Shown: piece after piece, positions 29,651 to 37,917 of the stretch
Layout of the letters: the number at the start of each line of letters is the position of its first letter
Position numbering within the stretch: position 1 is the stretch's first letter
Assembly: GCA_038245295.1 (NCBI GenBank)
Contig: JBBRSP010000029.1
Location: 14,972-78,971, forward strand
DNA length: 64,000 bases
Origin: Candidatus Binatia bacterium
GTDB taxonomy: Bacteria > Desulfobacterota > Binatia > HRBIN30
Reading direction: 5' to 3'
Notes under the pieces: generated by a model
Told to the model about the DNA's origin: nothing
The model's database searches: none
What the model saw: the letters and a program-made list of their open reading frames with translations, nothing else
Program-made: the position numbers and the translations under genes

Positions 29651-31159
29651 TCACCCGGGTTGCCTGCGGCGGCCAAGATTGGCGCAGCCAACCAGAGCGC
29701 TCACGGCAAGGCATGTCCAGGCGAAGGTGTCACCGATGGCATCGTAGATCGTACGCTGCGCCAGTGGCTCGATCCTGGCGTTCAGGGTGGCAGGTTTCCC
29801 CGAGGCGGCCTCGGCCACGATCGTGCCGTAGGGATCGATAATCGCCGAGACGCCAGTGGTTGTCGCGCGAACCACCCACGTGTGGTTCTCCACGGCCCGT
29901 AGGATCGCGTGAGTCAGGTGCTGCTGTGGTCCCGCACCGTCGCCGAGCCACGCGTCGTTCGAGAGAATCACGAGCGCCTTTGCGTCGTGATTCATCCGTC
30001 GGCGTACGAGGTCAGGAAAGATTCCCTCAAAGCAGATGGCCACGGCGGTACGTCCAAGTTGTGTCTCCAGCCAGCGCGGCTCTTCCGCGGCAGAAAACGT
30101 CCGCACACGCTCGAAGCGGCGACGGACGAAGTCGATGTTGAGGGGGAAATACTCGACGAAAGGTAACAGGTGCTGTTTGTCGTACCTGCCGGTGAGCTGC
30201 CCGTCGCGCGTGAGGTAAAAGGCCGAGTTGAGATACTCGGGTTTGGCGGCATCGAGGTCCTCATAATGCGGTGCACCGACTATTAGATCGGCGCCGAAAC
30301 TGCGCAGCACTGCGGCGATGCGGGCCTGGAAGCGCGGCTCGCGCCCGAGGAACATAGTTACCGCTGCCTCAGGCCAGACCACCAGCGTCGGGTGTGTGTC
30401 GGCGGCGGCTGTGGCCGTCAGCGCCAGGTAGTTTTCCAGACCTTCACCGTATTGCCCCGGCTGCCACAGGGCGCTGTCATGATTGTTCCCCTGAACAACC
30501 AACGTCGACACACCCGGACCCGGCGAAGGTGCGGTGCCGACACGCCAGGCGCCGTAGGCGACGACGATGGAGACAGCCACGGCGGCCACGCCGACATGGA
30601 CGGCTGGGCGTTGCCGCGAGCCGGGATGCAAAGCTGCCGCAAGTGCCGCGTTTACGAAGGCGAAGAGAAAGGACAGCAGGTAGACCCCACCAAGATCGGC
30701 CGCTTGACGTAGCCAGAGGAAGGGGGCCGTCGCATAGCCGAGTAGGAGCCAGGGCACTCCGGTCAATAGATGGGCACGCCCGAACTCAACGGTCACCCAG
30801 AGCGCCGCGGTCAAGGCCGGTCCGAGCAGGACGCCGCGACGATAGGTTGCCGCGCCGATGGCGAACACGGCGTAGTACGGTGCCCAGAAGACCAGTGATC
30901 CGGCAGCGCAAAACAGAATCGCAAACCACAGTGGCTGCTCGTAGTAGAAGGCGATCGCCGCAGGCACCCAGTAACCGAGGCTGAAGTTCGTGATGACTCC
31001 CCACGCCAAGCCGGCAAGGGCGCGCCGGCGCCAGGGCAGGCCATCCAAGGCGCGCAGCAAGGGAATCAACGCCACCCAGGCAGTCCACGGCGTTGGCCAC
31101 GGTGGAAAGGAAGCGACGTAGAGTGCGGCGGACAACAGCAACAAGAACAGCCGCGTCAC
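29651..31159 (-). CDS. lnt: Apolipoprotein N-acyltransferase (Lnt-like)
   Basis: Multi-TM N-terminus, GVPWLLLGY, VQGN, triad contexts WPEAA / YDKQHLLPFVEY / ICFEG, SNDAW, RAVEN, TGVSAIIDPYG. GTG 31159 overlaps the kinase stop (GTGA). Confidence 0.9.
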   Translation of the reverse strand: MTRLFLLLLSAALYVASFPPWPTPWTAWVALIPLLRALDGLPWRRRALAGLAWGVITNFSLGYWVPAAIAFYYEQPLWFAILFCAAGSLVFWAPYYAVFAIGAATYRRGVLLGPALTAALWVTVEFGRAHLLTGVPWLLLGYATAPFLWLRQAADLGGVYLLSFLFAFVNAALAAALHPGSRQRPAVHVGVAAVAVSIVVAYGAWRVGTAPSPGPGVSTLVVQGNNHDSALWQPGQYGEGLENYLALTATAAADTHPTLVVWPEAAVTMFLGREPRFQARIAAVLRSFGADLIVGAPHYEDLDAAKPEYLNSAFYLTRDGQLTGRYDKQHLLPFVEYFPLNIDFVRRRFERVRTFSAAEEPRWLETQLGRTAVAICFEGIFPDLVRRRMNHDAKALVILSNDAWLGDGAGPQQHLTHAILRAVENHTWVVRATTTGVSAIIDPYGTIVAEAASGKPATLNARIEPLAQRTIYDAIGDTFAWTCLAVSALVGCANLGRRRQPG

Positions 31160-33753
31160 GAGGGCAGGGCACTTTCCGCGGTGGGCAGATAGACGAGCAC
31201 GGTTGTGCCGCTGCCGACGGTGCTCTCGATATCGATCCAACCGCCGTGGTTCTTCACGGCGCCGTAGGCGATGCTCAGGCCGAGACCGGTGCCGGCGCCG
31301 ATCGGCTTCGTCGTGAAAAATGGCTCGAACACTTTTTCCCGAAACTCCGGGGCAATGCCACAGCCGTTGTCCTGGATCGAAACAACAACGCAGTGCGAGG
31401 CCGGGGCGTCATCCTTCCAGAACGTTCGAATGAGGAGTCGCGGTGCGGCAACACCGGCTATGGCATCCAACGCATTCGTCACGAGGTTGGTCCAGACATG
31501 CGCCAACTGGGCCCCGTCGAGCGAGAGTGATTCCGCCACCCCGTAATCGCGTTCGACCACCGGCCCAAGACTGCTGAGCCGATTGCCGAGCAGTCGCAGG
31601 CTCGCGTCAATCGAGTCGCCGAGAACAGTCGGCGCGCGCTGGCCGCGCTCGGCGCGCGCGAACAGACGCAAGTCATCGACGATCTTGCGAATACGTTCGG
31701 AGCCCTCGGTGCAGATCTCGACGAGAAGCGGCAACTCACGCCGCACGTAGGGCAGGCGTGTCCGCGTTCGCACGGACTCGAGCACGCCCACGCCGTCGGG
31801 TGCGCCGGCGACGATGTCCTCGTACGCGGTCAGCGCCGCCTCGATACGCGTGAGATAGTCGGTCAGGTTCGCCAGGCCACCGTGGATGAAACTCGCCGGA
31901 TTGTTGAGCTCGTGTGCGACGCCGGCCACCAATTGGCCGATCGACGCCATCTTCTCCGCCTGTACAAGTTGCGCCTGGGCGCTTTTCAATTCGTCATAGG
32001 CACGGCTCAAGTCGCGATTCGATGTGCGCAGGGCTGCGGTTTGCTCACGCACCTTGGCGTCGAGTGTCTGCGCCAACTCGTCGAGCGCCTCATAGGAACG
32101 AGCATTCTGCAAAGCGATCGCGGTCTGGTCGGCCAGGGTGCGCAGCAAGGCAAGGTCGTCGCTGTCGAAGGGTTGCCCCGACCGTTTGGCACCGAGCCCG
32201 AGAGCGCCGATCGACGTCCCGCGGAAGCGCAACGGCAGCAGCAAGGGGAATATTCCGCGTTCGATCGGTGTATCGGAGATCGGAGTGGCCGCCAGACACT
32301 GCCGGATGAATTCCGGGGCTTCGCCTTCCACCAAACTACCATCGGCCTGTCGCGACCATTGCGTGTAGTGGTCGTTGTCGATCAGGTACACATGTGTCGA
32401 GTCGAGGTGCATGGCATCACTCAGGACACGCGTCACCTGCGCGATGATCTCATGACGATCGAGCAGCGTCACCATCAACGCACTCACCTCGCTGACGGTG
32501 GCACGATAATCGAGCCGCGTGCGATAGAAGGCTCGGTCGATCGCTTCCTGCACGATCGCGCGCAGGGGATTGAGTCCGACAGCCAGGGCGAAGACGAACA
32601 GGAGGCTGACCGCCTCCCGATGTTGGTCGGCAAAGCCCGGCATCAACCGTGCCGCGACCTCCAAGGCAAAGGAATAAACGCCGACGACGACGAGGCTCAG
32701 AAGGGCATACTCGAAGCTCCAGCGTACGACACGATCAATATCAAAGAGGTCGTGGATCGAAATCGCGTAGGCAACGCTGCCTTGCAGCAGCGGTATCAAC
32801 AAGAGCGAAAACTGCACCGGAAAGCTGCCACCGGAGATGGCGTTGTTGACGAAGGCGAAGAATGGCAGGACGCTGGCGGCAATGAGCCCGGGCAAGACTG
32901 CCTTGATGCGGAGACGTGTCAGAGACTCACGATTCTCACGATACCGGTAGGCTAGCGCCGCCAGAAAGAATGCGATGCTACTGGCGTGGTAGAGATAGGT
33001 GATGTGCAGCGGCCACAGTCGGGGCGGATGGTCGAAGACATTCGACAGCACGAGAACCGCCAGAGCGAGGCCCAGCCCGTATGGCAGGACATGCAGCAAT
33101 CGGGCGCGTTGGCTGGGGCGACGCTCGATGGGGAATACGAGTGCCAGATGAATCCATGTCGCTGCAAAAAAGCACTCGAGCACCAGGTTGACGCGACTCA
33201 GCCACGGGAAGTTTGGCAGGTGCAAAAAAACGGCGGTGATCGGATACAGCCCGGCAACCAGGGCCTGGAGCAAGAAAACCCTCGCCTGGTAGCCGCCTGG
33301 CTGCAGAAACGCGACGATCAATCCCAAGACGAGGTATGAGCCGCCAACAAATAGAATCAGGCCGTAGATTTGCAGGTAGTCGCGACGGTTGAACTGGCGC
33401 GACGCGATGGTTCGTTCGAAGAACGCTCCGTCCTTCGAGAAGGTGTAACGAAACGACGTTCCGACTGGTTGGGCCGCCACCCTGGTGTAGACAGCGGCAC
33501 TATCGCTCACCGGCATTCCATCGACGGCAACCACGACGCTGTGAAACAGCGCGCTGCGGTCCTGCGGCCAGTCGAACGTGCTCACCGTCGGAATGGCAGC
33601 GTTCGGCATCAGCAAAAAGCCGGGGAAGGTGGCGCCGAGCCATCGCAGGCTGCAGCTCCCGGCATAGGCCGCCATCGCGGCGGCGATCAACAGAGCGAGT
33701 ATGGGGACGACATAGGCGCGCCAGGTGGCCCGTCGGCTTGTTTCAGTCGTCAT
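31156..33753 (-). CDS. Membrane sensor histidine kinase (extracellular PDZ-like segment, multi-TM, GAF, HisKA, HATPase)
   Basis: VAVDGMPV (PDZ-like), several TM helices, GAF-type [66 protein letters not shown]. Confidence 0.92.
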   Translation of the reverse strand: MTTETSRRATWRAYVVPILALLIAAAMAAYAGSCSLRWLGATFPGFLLMPNAAIPTVSTFDWPQDRSALFHSVVVAVDGMPVSDSAAVYTRVAAQPVGTSFRYTFSKDGAFFERTIASRQFNRRDYLQIYGLILFVGGSYLVLGLIVAFLQPGGYQARVFLLQALVAGLYPITAVFLHLPNFPWLSRVNLVLECFFAATWIHLALVFPIERRPSQRARLLHVLPYGLGLALAVLVLSNVFDHPPRLWPLHITYLYHASSIAFFLAALAYRYRENRESLTRLRIKAVLPGLIAASVLPFFAFVNNAISGGSFPVQFSLLLIPLLQGSVAYAISIHDLFDIDRVVRWSFEYALLSLVVVGVYSFALEVAARLMPGFADQHREAVSLLFVFALAVGLNPLRAIVQEAIDRAFYRTRLDYRATVSEVSALMVTLLDRHEIIAQVTRVLSDAMHLDSTHVYLIDNDHYTQWSRQADGSLVEGEAPEFIRQCLAATPISDTPIERGIFPLLLPLRFRGTSIGALGLGAKRSGQPFDSDDLALLRTLADQTAIALQNARSYEALDELAQTLDAKVREQTAALRTSNRDLSRAYDELKSAQAQLVQAEKMASIGQLVAGVAHELNNPASFIHGGLANLTDYLTRIEAALTAYEDIVAGAPDGVGVLESVRTRTRLPYVRRELPLLVEICTEGSERIRKIVDDLRLFARAERGQRAPTVLGDSIDASLRLLGNRLSSLGPVVERDYGVAESLSLDGAQLAHVWTNLVTNALDAIAGVAAPRLLIRTFWKDDAPASHCVVVSIQDNGCGIAPEFREKVFEPFFTTKPIGAGTGLGLSIAYGAVKNHGGWIDIESTVGSGTTVLVYLPTAESALPS

Positions 33754-33855
33754 AGAGAACCGATCGCCCCACGCGGATGGTTACCACGCGGCACGCCACA
33801 CCAACAACTGCCTTGGTAGAAGTTGGTCCACTTGAAAACCGAGGCGGCGAGGATT

Positions 33856-34100
33856 CGTCATTCCGGCGAACGCCGGAATCTCCCCGGCATTTCTGCGATT
33901 CCGGCCCAGGAGATCCCGGCTTTCGAGTGTGTCGATTTACTCGGAAACCAAATGTGAAACCGAGCAGACCTTTCCGTCATACCGGCGAAAGCCGGTATCT
34001 CGCCAGCTTCCGAGGCTTCCAGCAGGGGGAGATCCCGGTTTTCACCGGGATGACGTTGCTCCACTTTGGTTTTACGACAGTCTCTTTCGCCGGGATGACG
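33856..34100. repeat. Cluster of GTCAT(T/A)CCGGCGAA-type REP-like palindromes
   Basis: CGTCATTCCGGCGAACGCCGGAATCT (33856), CGTCATACCGGCGAAAGCCGGTATCT (33975), GAGATCCCGGTTTTCACCGGGATGACG (34029), and a split copy at 33910-33924 / 34085-34100. Confidence 0.75.
33925..34084. mobile_element. 160-bp MITE carrying a REP pair, inserted into another REP
   Basis: TIRs GAGTGTGTCG / GAGACTGTCG (8/10) and TTTC duplication at 33921-33924 and 34085-34088. Removing the element restores GAGATCCCGGCTTTCGCCGGGATGACG. Confidence 0.7.
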
Positions 34101-34147
34101 TTGCCTACCCTTGGGAATCAGACGGACCCGCTACCACTCAGAAGGGC

Positions 34148-34254
34148 GGGCAGTTTACTTCCCACTGCAGAGGGATCGTGGGCAGAATCCTTCCCACTCC
34201 GATTGGTCAAAGTCCACGTATACGAGAGCGAGGCTCCGCGGCATCATTCGTGCG
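34148..34254 (+). promoter_or_regulatory. sigma54 promoter with paired enhancer boxes for the kinase/response regulator operon
   Basis: GGGCA-N6-TTCCC at 34148 and 34180; CGGCATCATTCGTGC (GG 34240-41, GC 34252-53). Confidence 0.7.
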
Positions 34255-34277
34255 TGTTCATTCCCATCGAGATCGCC

Positions 34278-35054
34278 ATGAACTCAGAGACCTTCAGTGA
34301 CAATGCGCAGACGCGCAAACTGTACGACCTCGGATCACGACTCACGCGCGTCGCCCACGAGATCAACGTCCCGCTGAGTTTGATCGTCGGTAGTCTCGAC
34401 GCCCTGGCGCAGTATACGGACACGCTGGCCGACTATGTTCTGACGGAGAAGGAGCAAAGCTCTACGGAGCCTCTGGCGCGGCGCGCCGTGGACATCGATT
34501 ACGTCGCGGCCCACACGCCAAAGTTGATTGCCATCTGTCGCGAGGGCACACAACGATTGCAGCACATCGTTGGTCAGCTGCGCAGCTACTCGCATCGCAA
34601 GGATGCGGCCGTGCAGGGCATCGAGTTGACAGACGTCATCGCGGCGGCATCACGGCTCGCGTCCCAGGGCGCGACCCACACGCCCGAGCTTCACCTGCCG
34701 GCTTTGCCGGCGGTGCGCGGCGACGCCAACTCCCTGGAGCAAGTCTTCGTCAATTTGATTTGCAACGCCATGGACGCGGTGGCCGACTGCCCCGATCCTC
34801 GGGTTTCGGTCATCGCTTGCGTCGAGGCCGACATCATCACGGTCATGGTTCGCGACAATGGTCCCGGCGTTGCACCGGAGATCGCCTCGCGCATCTTCGA
34901 GCCGTTCTTTACGACCAAGCCGCGACGGGTTGGCCTTGGTCTCGGTCTGGCGATTGTCCACGAGATCATCGCCGACCATGGCGGCACGATCTGTCTCGGC
35001 AAACCAGAACGTGGCGCCGAATTCATTGTGCGTCTGCCAGCGGAATCGCTTTGA
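34278..35054 (+). CDS. Sensorless cytoplasmic histidine kinase (HisKA + HATPase)
   Basis: ATG 34278; VAHEINVPL, EQVFVNLICNAMDA, DNGPGV, FFTTK, GLGLGL. The upstream in-frame extension is REP/enhancer DNA. Confidence 0.85.
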   Translation: MNSETFSDNAQTRKLYDLGSRLTRVAHEINVPLSLIVGSLDALAQYTDTLADYVLTEKEQSSTEPLARRAVDIDYVAAHTPKLIAICREGTQRLQHIVGQLRSYSHRKDAAVQGIELTDVIAAASRLASQGATHTPELHLPALPAVRGDANSLEQVFVNLICNAMDAVADCPDPRVSVIACVEADIITVMVRDNGPGVAPEIASRIFEPFFTTKPRRVGLGLGLAIVHEIIADHGGTICLGKPERGAEFIVRLPAESL

Positions 35055-35087
35055 CGCTGTAGCCTCAGTCGGCTACGCGAGGGGGCA

Positions 35088-36518
35088 ATGGCATCAGGCG
35101 TGTCAAAGCAAGCGATTCTGGTGGTGGATGACGAGCCCGCGAGCGTCCAGCTGCTGCGCATCACGTTGGGTATGGACTACGAGGTGCACACCGCGACCGA
35201 CGGCGCCGCGGGCCTCGTCCTCCTGGAGCAGCATCCGGAGATTGCCCTGGCCATCGTTGACCAACGAATGCCGGGCATGAGCGGTACGGAATTCATCCAA
35301 CGAACCATCGAGCCCTATCCGCAACTCATTCGCATCATCCTCACCGGCTACACGGATATCGAATCGCTGATTGACGCGATCAACGCAGGGCGTGTCTACC
35401 GCTATCTGACAAAACCGTGGGACAAAGAGGAGCTGATGCTCACGGTGCGACGCGGTCTCGAGGTGCATCGACTGGAGAGCGAAAACGCCCGGCTCCACGA
35501 GGAGCTGCGGCTGGCCAACAACCGCTTGCGCGTCGAGAATACGCTACTGCAACGCGAGGCCCGCGGACGCCATCGCTTCGAGGAAATCATTGGCTCCAGC
35601 CCGGCCTTGCGAGGCACACTCGACATGGTCGAGCGCGTCCTGCCGTCTGACACCACCGTGTTGGTCCTCGGCGAAACCGGTACCGGCAAGGAACTGATCG
35701 CGCGCGCCATCCACTACAACGGGCCGCGCGCCGACAAACCGTTCGTCAGCGAGAACTGTGGTGCCATTGCGCCGGACCTCCTGAGCAGCGAACTGTTTGG
35801 TTACTCCAAAGGAGCCTTCACTGGGGCCGTCACCGACCGACAAGGATTGTTCGAGTTCGCCAACGGTGGGACTCTGTTTCTCGATGAAATCGGCGATTGT
35901 CCCGCCGATCTACAGGTCCGACTGTTGCGCGTTCTCGATCAGGGCGAAATCCGTCGTGTCGGCGACAATCAAAGGGTCAAAGTCGATGTCCGGATCATCG
36001 CGGCAACCCATCACGACCTCGAGAAAGACGTCGCCGAAGGCCGCTTTCGCAAAGATCTCTTCTATCGCCTCAGTGTGTTCACCGTCAGCCCGCCGCCCTT
36101 GCGGCAACGCCCGGAGGACATTCCTGTCCTGGCACAGCATTTCGTCGAGAAATTTGCGCGGCGCCATTCCAAAGCTGTGCTGGGGCTGACTCCGGATGCC
36201 ATCGGCATGCTGCTCGCCTATCCCTTTCCAGGCAACATCCGCGAGCTGGAAAATGAAATCGAGCGTGCCTTTACCCTGGCCGACAACGAGATGCCGATCA
36301 CCCCGGACCTCCTTTCGGCACGTTTCAACCAACCAACCGCCGAACCACCCGCCCCGGCGACCTCGCTGCGAGGTGCTGTCGAGTCTTTCGAGGCTGACTA
36401 CATACGCGAGGCGCTAGCCCGCCATGCCGGTGTGCAAACCCGCGCCGCCAGCGAGCTCGGACTGTCGCGCCGCGGCCTCTTCGACAAGTTGCAGAAGTAC
36501 GGCTTGGCCAAAGCCTGA
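35088..36518 (+). CDS. NtrC-family sigma54-dependent response regulator (REC-AAA+-Fis HTH)
   Basis: [42 protein letters not shown]-terminal HTH. Confidence 0.95.
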   Translation: MASGVSKQAILVVDDEPASVQLLRITLGMDYEVHTATDGAAGLVLLEQHPEIALAIVDQRMPGMSGTEFIQRTIEPYPQLIRIILTGYTDIESLIDAINAGRVYRYLTKPWDKEELMLTVRRGLEVHRLESENARLHEELRLANNRLRVENTLLQREARGRHRFEEIIGSSPALRGTLDMVERVLPSDTTVLVLGETGTGKELIARAIHYNGPRADKPFVSENCGAIAPDLLSSELFGYSKGAFTGAVTDRQGLFEFANGGTLFLDEIGDCPADLQVRLLRVLDQGEIRRVGDNQRVKVDVRIIAATHHDLEKDVAEGRFRKDLFYRLSVFTVSPPPLRQRPEDIPVLAQHFVEKFARRHSKAVLGLTPDAIGMLLAYPFPGNIRELENEIERAFTLADNEMPITPDLLSARFNQPTAEPPAPATSLRGAVESFEADYIREALARHAGVQTRAASELGLSRRGLFDKLQKYGLAKA

Positions 36519-36531
36519 GCTCGGCCGGTTC

Positions 36532-36637
36532 GGGCAATCTTGTTCCCACGCGGCCACGCCACTGGGAAGTAAACTGCCCACCGGCGCCGGCTGCGGGCGC
36601 ACATGTCGTCCACGATGCTGGCGGCACGGCCCTTGCG
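36532..36637 (+). promoter_or_regulatory. sigma54 promoter with paired enhancer boxes for the LuxR-type gene
   Basis: GGGCA-N6-TTCCC at 36532 and inverted GGGAA-N6-TGCCC at 36564; CGGCACGGCCCTTGC (GG 36623-24, GC 36635-36). Confidence 0.75.
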
Positions 36638-36649
36638 TAGTTCGTGTGT

Positions 36650-37843
36650 ATGGATTCGACTCAGCTGCTGCGGATCTCGCCCCGACCTTTACCCACCAAA
36701 TCATCGCGCACACCACCGGAGCTGACAGAGCTCGTGGAGCGTCTCTACGATGCCGCCGTCGCTCCCGGGTTGTGGTCGGATGCAATCACTCATCTCGCTG
36801 CGGCACTGCGCGGCGCGGCGGTGCTGCTGCACTTGCGCTTCCCACACGCCGACGATCCGGGCTGTGCCGTCGCCTGCGGCATCGGCCCCACCTATGTGGC
36901 TCGTTACTCCGCCGAGTTCGCCGCGAACGATCCGTTTCTCGAGCCCGCCTGTGACATTGCGACAGGCGCCGTTGTGGCCATGGGCGACGTGCTCGGCGCC
37001 AAAGATCTGAGCACGAATCCCTTCTATGAGCATTGGATGCAGCCGCAAAGACTACTGCCAACCGGTGGATTCGTCAGCGTCATCACCCGGCATCGCGAGC
37101 AGCCGCACACGACCCTGCACGTCTTCGAGAAGTGGGGCGGATCACGCCTCGATAAACGCGCCGTCGACCTGCTGCGCGCCTTGTTGCCTCACCTCCGGCG
37201 CGCCGCCGTCATCAGCGATGCCTTGCAACAGGAGTCGGCGCGGCGGCAAGCCTTGGAGCACCTGCTCAACCGCGGCCCCCTGGCGGTGTTTCTCGTCGAT
37301 CCACGTCGACAGGTGTTGTCGGCCAACGAGCAAGCCAAGTACCTCCTGTCGCTCGGCGATGGCATCGAGGTTGGCAACGACGGATTGCAGGGCGTGGGAC
37401 CCGATGGTGCCGCTGCTCTAGCAGCGGCGATCGAAGCTGTCCGGCGTGGTTCCGGTGATCAGGTTCTGAGACTGTCGCGCCAGGGCGAACGCCGCGCGCT
37501 GATGGTGGTGGTCACACAGCCACCTGGCATTGCGGCCGACGCTGAAGTCCCGGCGACACCTGTCGCATTGATCGTTGCCGATCCGGAGCAGCGCGGCGCT
37601 GTGCCGATAGCACACCTGCAATCCCTCTTCGGGTTTACGCCGGCGGAAGCGCGGGCTGCTTGGCTCATTGGCCACGGGCTCCGTATAGACGAAGTCGCCG
37701 GGCGCCTCGGGGTTCGAATCGAAACGGTCCGGGCCCACCTGAAGCAGATCTTCGACAAAGCCGGTGTTTCGCGACAAGCAGAGCTGGTGCGCCTCCTGCT
37801 GAGCAGCCCGATTGTCCTGGCGCAGCCGTGGGCTCGCGGTTAG
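36650..37843 (+). CDS. LuxR-type HTH regulator with GAF-like/PAS-like input
   Basis: LYDAAV..W, LLPHLRRA, PAS-like segment, FGFTPAEAR...ETVRAHLKQIFDKAGVSRQAELV. Confidence 0.88.
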   Translation: MDSTQLLRISPRPLPTKSSRTPPELTELVERLYDAAVAPGLWSDAITHLAAALRGAAVLLHLRFPHADDPGCAVACGIGPTYVARYSAEFAANDPFLEPACDIATGAVVAMGDVLGAKDLSTNPFYEHWMQPQRLLPTGGFVSVITRHREQPHTTLHVFEKWGGSRLDKRAVDLLRALLPHLRRAAVISDALQQESARRQALEHLLNRGPLAVFLVDPRRQVLSANEQAKYLLSLGDGIEVGNDGLQGVGPDGAAALAAAIEAVRRGSGDQVLRLSRQGERRALMVVVTQPPGIAADAEVPATPVALIVADPEQRGAVPIAHLQSLFGFTPAEARAAWLIGHGLRIDEVAGRLGVRIETVRAHLKQIFDKAGVSRQAELVRLLLSSPIVLAQPWARG

Positions 37844-37917
37844 CCGTCGGCGTGACTTGGGCCAGAGTAGTGTTTCCGGAGCCCTCGAAGATGAGCCGCT
37901 GCGGGGATCGAACTATT

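Noticed and set aside
33782..33799. sigma54-like TGGCGTGCCGCGTGG (minus strand) upstream of the membrane kinase
   Set aside because: The -12 element is GG rather than GC; too weak to call.
33856..34100. Possible CRISPR array
   Set aside because: Units are inverted and irregularly spaced, with no cas genes; REP/MITE explains them.
33777..34277. Possible sensor domain on the 425-aa kinase ORF
   Set aside because: Translation of REP, MITE and enhancer DNA; a sigma54 promoter lies inside it.
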